From positions 130,472,653 to 130,536,652 of the forward strand of contig NC_052162.1 in assembly GCF_902713615.1 (NCBI RefSeq): DNA of 64,000 bases, in the 5' to 3' direction. The DNA is from Scyliorhinus canicula (Eukaryota). Numbering within the stretch: the stretch's first letter is position 1; every line of letters starts with the position of its first letter. A program made the position numbers and the translations under genes. Shown one piece after another: positions 61,170-64,000 of this stretch. The notes beneath the pieces were generated by a model. That model had not been told where the DNA came from. It was given only the letters and a program-made list of their open reading frames with translations, and ran no database searches.

Positions 61170-61980
61170 ACATGCGTCAGAGAGATAGAGAACCCAGTGG
61201 AGTGGTGTAACATCAATTTCTCCTCAATGTCAGCAAAACTAAGGAGCTGGTCACTGACGTCAGAAAGCAAAGTGTTGTTCACACCCCTGTCAGCATCGAT
61301 GGTGCTGAGGTGGAGATGATTGACAGCTTCAAATTCCTAGGTGTGCACATCATCAACAATCTGTCCTGGTCCACCCACGTCGACACCACGACCAAGAAAG
61401 CACAACAGCGACTATACTTCCTCAGGAAACTAAGGAAATTCGGCATGTCCTCGGACACGTACCAATTTTTACAGCTGCACCATTGGAAACATCCTATCGG
61501 GCTGCATCACAACCTGGTCTGGCAACTGCTCGGCCCAGGACCGTAAGAAATAACAGAGTCATGAACGCAGTCCAGTCCATCACGCGAACCCGTCTCCCAT
61601 CCATTGCCTCCACCTGCTGCCTTGGGAAAGGAGGGAGCATAATCAAAGATCCCTCCCACCTGGCTTACTCACTCTTCCAACTTCTTCCATCAGGCAGGAG
61701 ATACAAAAGTCTTGAGAACTAACAGATTCAGAAACAGCTTCTTCCCGGTGTTACCATACTCCTGAATGAACCTTGTAAGGACTGATCTGATCTCTTCTCT
61801 ACTGAGTAGTACTGCATTCCTGCAGGCTTCACCCGATGTCTGTGTCTATGTATTTACATTGTGTATTTATGTTTGCCATTTGTTTTTTTTCATGTATGGA
61901 ATGATCTATCTGGACTGTACGCAGAGCAATACTTTTCACTGTACCTTGGTACACGTTAAAATAAACAAATCCAATCCAAT
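61170..61980 (+). mobile_element. Rex1/Babar-type LINE 3' fragment
   Basis: FKFLGVHIINNLSWSTH...KKAQQRLYFLRKLRKFG; tail AATAAACAAATCCAATCCAAT. Confidence 0.8.
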
Positions 61981-63226
61981 CGGGTCTCCACCTAAATTCT
62001 ATTCAAGTCTGGAAGTCTGTAGGTGAGTTAATCAATAAGTTGATTGCTTTCTCTTGGAGATATCTGCATCCTGACTGGTGAACTTTGAATCAAAGAAAAC
62101 TACATTTTGCAGCCTGGCAACTGCCTGAAATAGGGGGACCGTAACAGGGGGTGATAAAGAAAGACAGAAATCCACTTCGATCTTGGCGACAAAGGCACTT
62201 GAAAGTTAGAAATATGTGGTCTGATATCGGGCTACCGATGTGCAGATGTGATTTGTTCCATGTGAAACAAATAACATATAATTTCAAGATGAAGACTGGA
62301 TCCCAAACATATCCACTTGACAAACACCATGAATGAAATGGTTAATGTGGCCAGGAGATTGAGAGAACGTGTTGACATCATCAACGCGGAAAATGACTTT
62401 AAAACAACCAGGATTCAATTAAATATACTGGTCATGGTCACAAAGTGAATAAATTGGGGAATAATACTCAGTGAGGACTGTCCACAAGTTGGATTAGGGG
62501 TAAAGAGAGAGCTGAAGAATCTTTGACATCCATGCTCGATCAGATGCTGGAAGTATATGTCCTTACGTACGAGTAATCCAGAACACACTGTGCTCCTTCA
62601 GAAGAAAAGATCGAGTTTATGTTAACCCAGGTGGGGCCAGAACTGAACTGGATTCAGAGAGAGTACTGCCCCCCTCAAGGTGTGGATTGTAAGAATCCTG
62701 GGGGACCCTTTGTTGATTAACAAACATTAAACTAAAATTCTTTGACTAGCTGTGGATTTATTTTGAATGTGATTGTTACACTTCTCCTGTTTTTATTCCT
62801 GTTGTGATTACGCTCTGGGTAAGGATGGTTGGCAGGTGACAGGATGGGAAATTGTGGTTTGGGTCTTCACTGACCAAATGTTTTATTGATCCGAAAGGTG
62901 TAAAAGGGACCAAACTCCAGCAGAAATCGAGCAGAGCCGAGAACAGACGACTTGCTGTGTGGGAACAGGGAGATAACCAGCTCCCAGAGGACAGAGAAAA
63001 CAAGAGTGCCTGGAATCCTAGACAACACCTGGGTGTCAAGGCCACCATGTTTTCACTGCTTGGCATGGGGATGCTGACTCCCTGTACCGGGGACGGAGCG
63101 TGGGGAAGACAATTGTTTGAGAGTTTGACGTGGCTTGGGCGGGTACAGATGGTTCAATGACAGGTTTTGTAATTGGTCCAATCAAATGTTAGCTCAGCAA
63201 TGATTGGGTTAAATCATTCTCCATCG

Positions 63227-63360
63227 TGTTACAAGACCCTGGACTAGTGGGCGGTCAATTCCAGCCCCACCTGACTCGAAGTCACAACACAAGTGAATTA
63301 ACCAATAATACTTAGTTGGCCCATGGCTGCCCAATAATTACAGTAATGAGGTTTGTAAAC
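63227..63360 (-). mobile_element. Family C LTR end, interrupted by an L1
   Basis: GCGGTCAATTCCAG...GCCCAATAA...GGTTTGTAAA is shared with the 48982 copy. Confidence 0.7.
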
Positions 63361-64000
63361 GACTTCCGGTGACGGCGGGCAGGAGGCAGCTGCGCGTTGG
63401 AGGGCTCCCGTTCGAGAACGGCATTGTCGAGGATTGACGCCCGGTCCTAGGGGCAGCGAAGGCGGTGAAGGCCAGGAGGAAGCACAGGGAAGGGATATGT
63501 CGAGGTCCAGTAAGAAAACGGCTGTGAAAACATCTGAAAATTCATCAGGGAGTAGAAAGGTCACCGTGGGGTCACCAAGGAAAATGGAGGCTGGAGCATC
63601 AGGGGAGGCCGCATTGCTTACGGCTGAAGAAATAACCAAGGTAATGGCTGCGGAATTCGAAAGGCAGTTTACAAAATACATGGAGACAATGAGGAAGGAG
63701 ATGAGGGAGGTTTTGAGTGTGCTGGTGGAGGATGCGATTTCCCCGGTGACGACGGAGTTGGCGAGCGCAGTGGCGGAGGTGCGGGAGCAAGGGGAGGCGC
63801 TGAAGGAAGTGGAGGAGACATTATCGCAGCACGGTGATCAACTTACGTCAATGGGGAAGGAGATGCGGAAGGCGATGGAGATTAATAAGGATCTGCGAGG
63901 AAAAATGGAAGACCTGGAAAACAGATCCAGGCGACAGAATTTGAGGATTGTGGGGCTGCCTGAAGGAGTTGAAGGGCCGAGGCCGACTGAGTATTTTGCT
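63361..64000 (+). mobile_element. 5' end of a young L1-clade element (5'UTR + ORF1), continues past the window
   Basis: Starts GACTTCCGGTGACGGCG; ORF1 is open from 63497. Confidence 0.88.
63497..64000 (+). CDS. L1 ORF1p, N-terminal part (missing from the ORF track because it has no stop in the window)
   Basis: MSRSSKKTAVKTSE...coiled coil...KMEDLENRSRRQNLRIVGLPEGVEGPRPTEYFA; 168 codons with no stop. Confidence 0.85.
   Translation, partial: MSRSSKKTAVKTSENSSGSRKVTVGSPRKMEAGASGEAALLTAEEITKVMAAEFERQFTKYMETMRKEMREVLSVLVEDAISPVTTELASAVAEVREQGEALKEVEETLSQHGDQLTSMGKEMRKAMEINKDLRGKMEDLENRSRRQNLRIVGLPEGVEGPRPTEYFA

Noticed and set aside
62000-63220. Unexplained sequence with short ORFs
   Set aside because: No recognisable domain, termini or splice pattern; left unannotated.

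Overview
Eukaryotic, very repeat-rich vertebrate DNA. The V-SINE/HE1-type tRNA SINEs, CR1 LINEs and Penelope-type short repeats point to a cartilaginous fish, probably a shark; this is inferred from the repeat content. The window is a cluster of tandem C2H2 zinc-finger (ZNF) genes with no recognisable KRAB, SCAN or BTB domain. They form three head-to-head pairs around GC/CpG-rich bidirectional promoters at ~8.5-8.9, ~29.3-29.9 and ~57.2-57.75 kb. Four genes keep long ORFs: ZNF-A 5980-7011 (-), ZNF-B 24439-25473 (-), ZNF-C 30991-33051 (+) and ZNF-D 54441-55478 (-). Two plus-strand partners (~10.1 kb and 59.3-60.9 kb) are disrupted by TE insertions, and a further fossil lies at ~35.4 kb. ZNF-C holds three nearly identical 504-bp six-finger repeats followed by a frameshift. 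ZNF-A is cut and given its stop codon by the LTR of a Copia (GalEa-like) element. The rest is nested TEs: a ~12-kb degenerate Gypsy containing a CR1, an ORF1-only (HAL1-like) L1, a Harbinger-type MITE and solo LTRs. A 2-kb minisatellite with a 26-bp unit lies at the start. Most short ORFs in the track are repeat-derived. Repeat boundaries were read by eye and are approximate unless a TSD is quoted.
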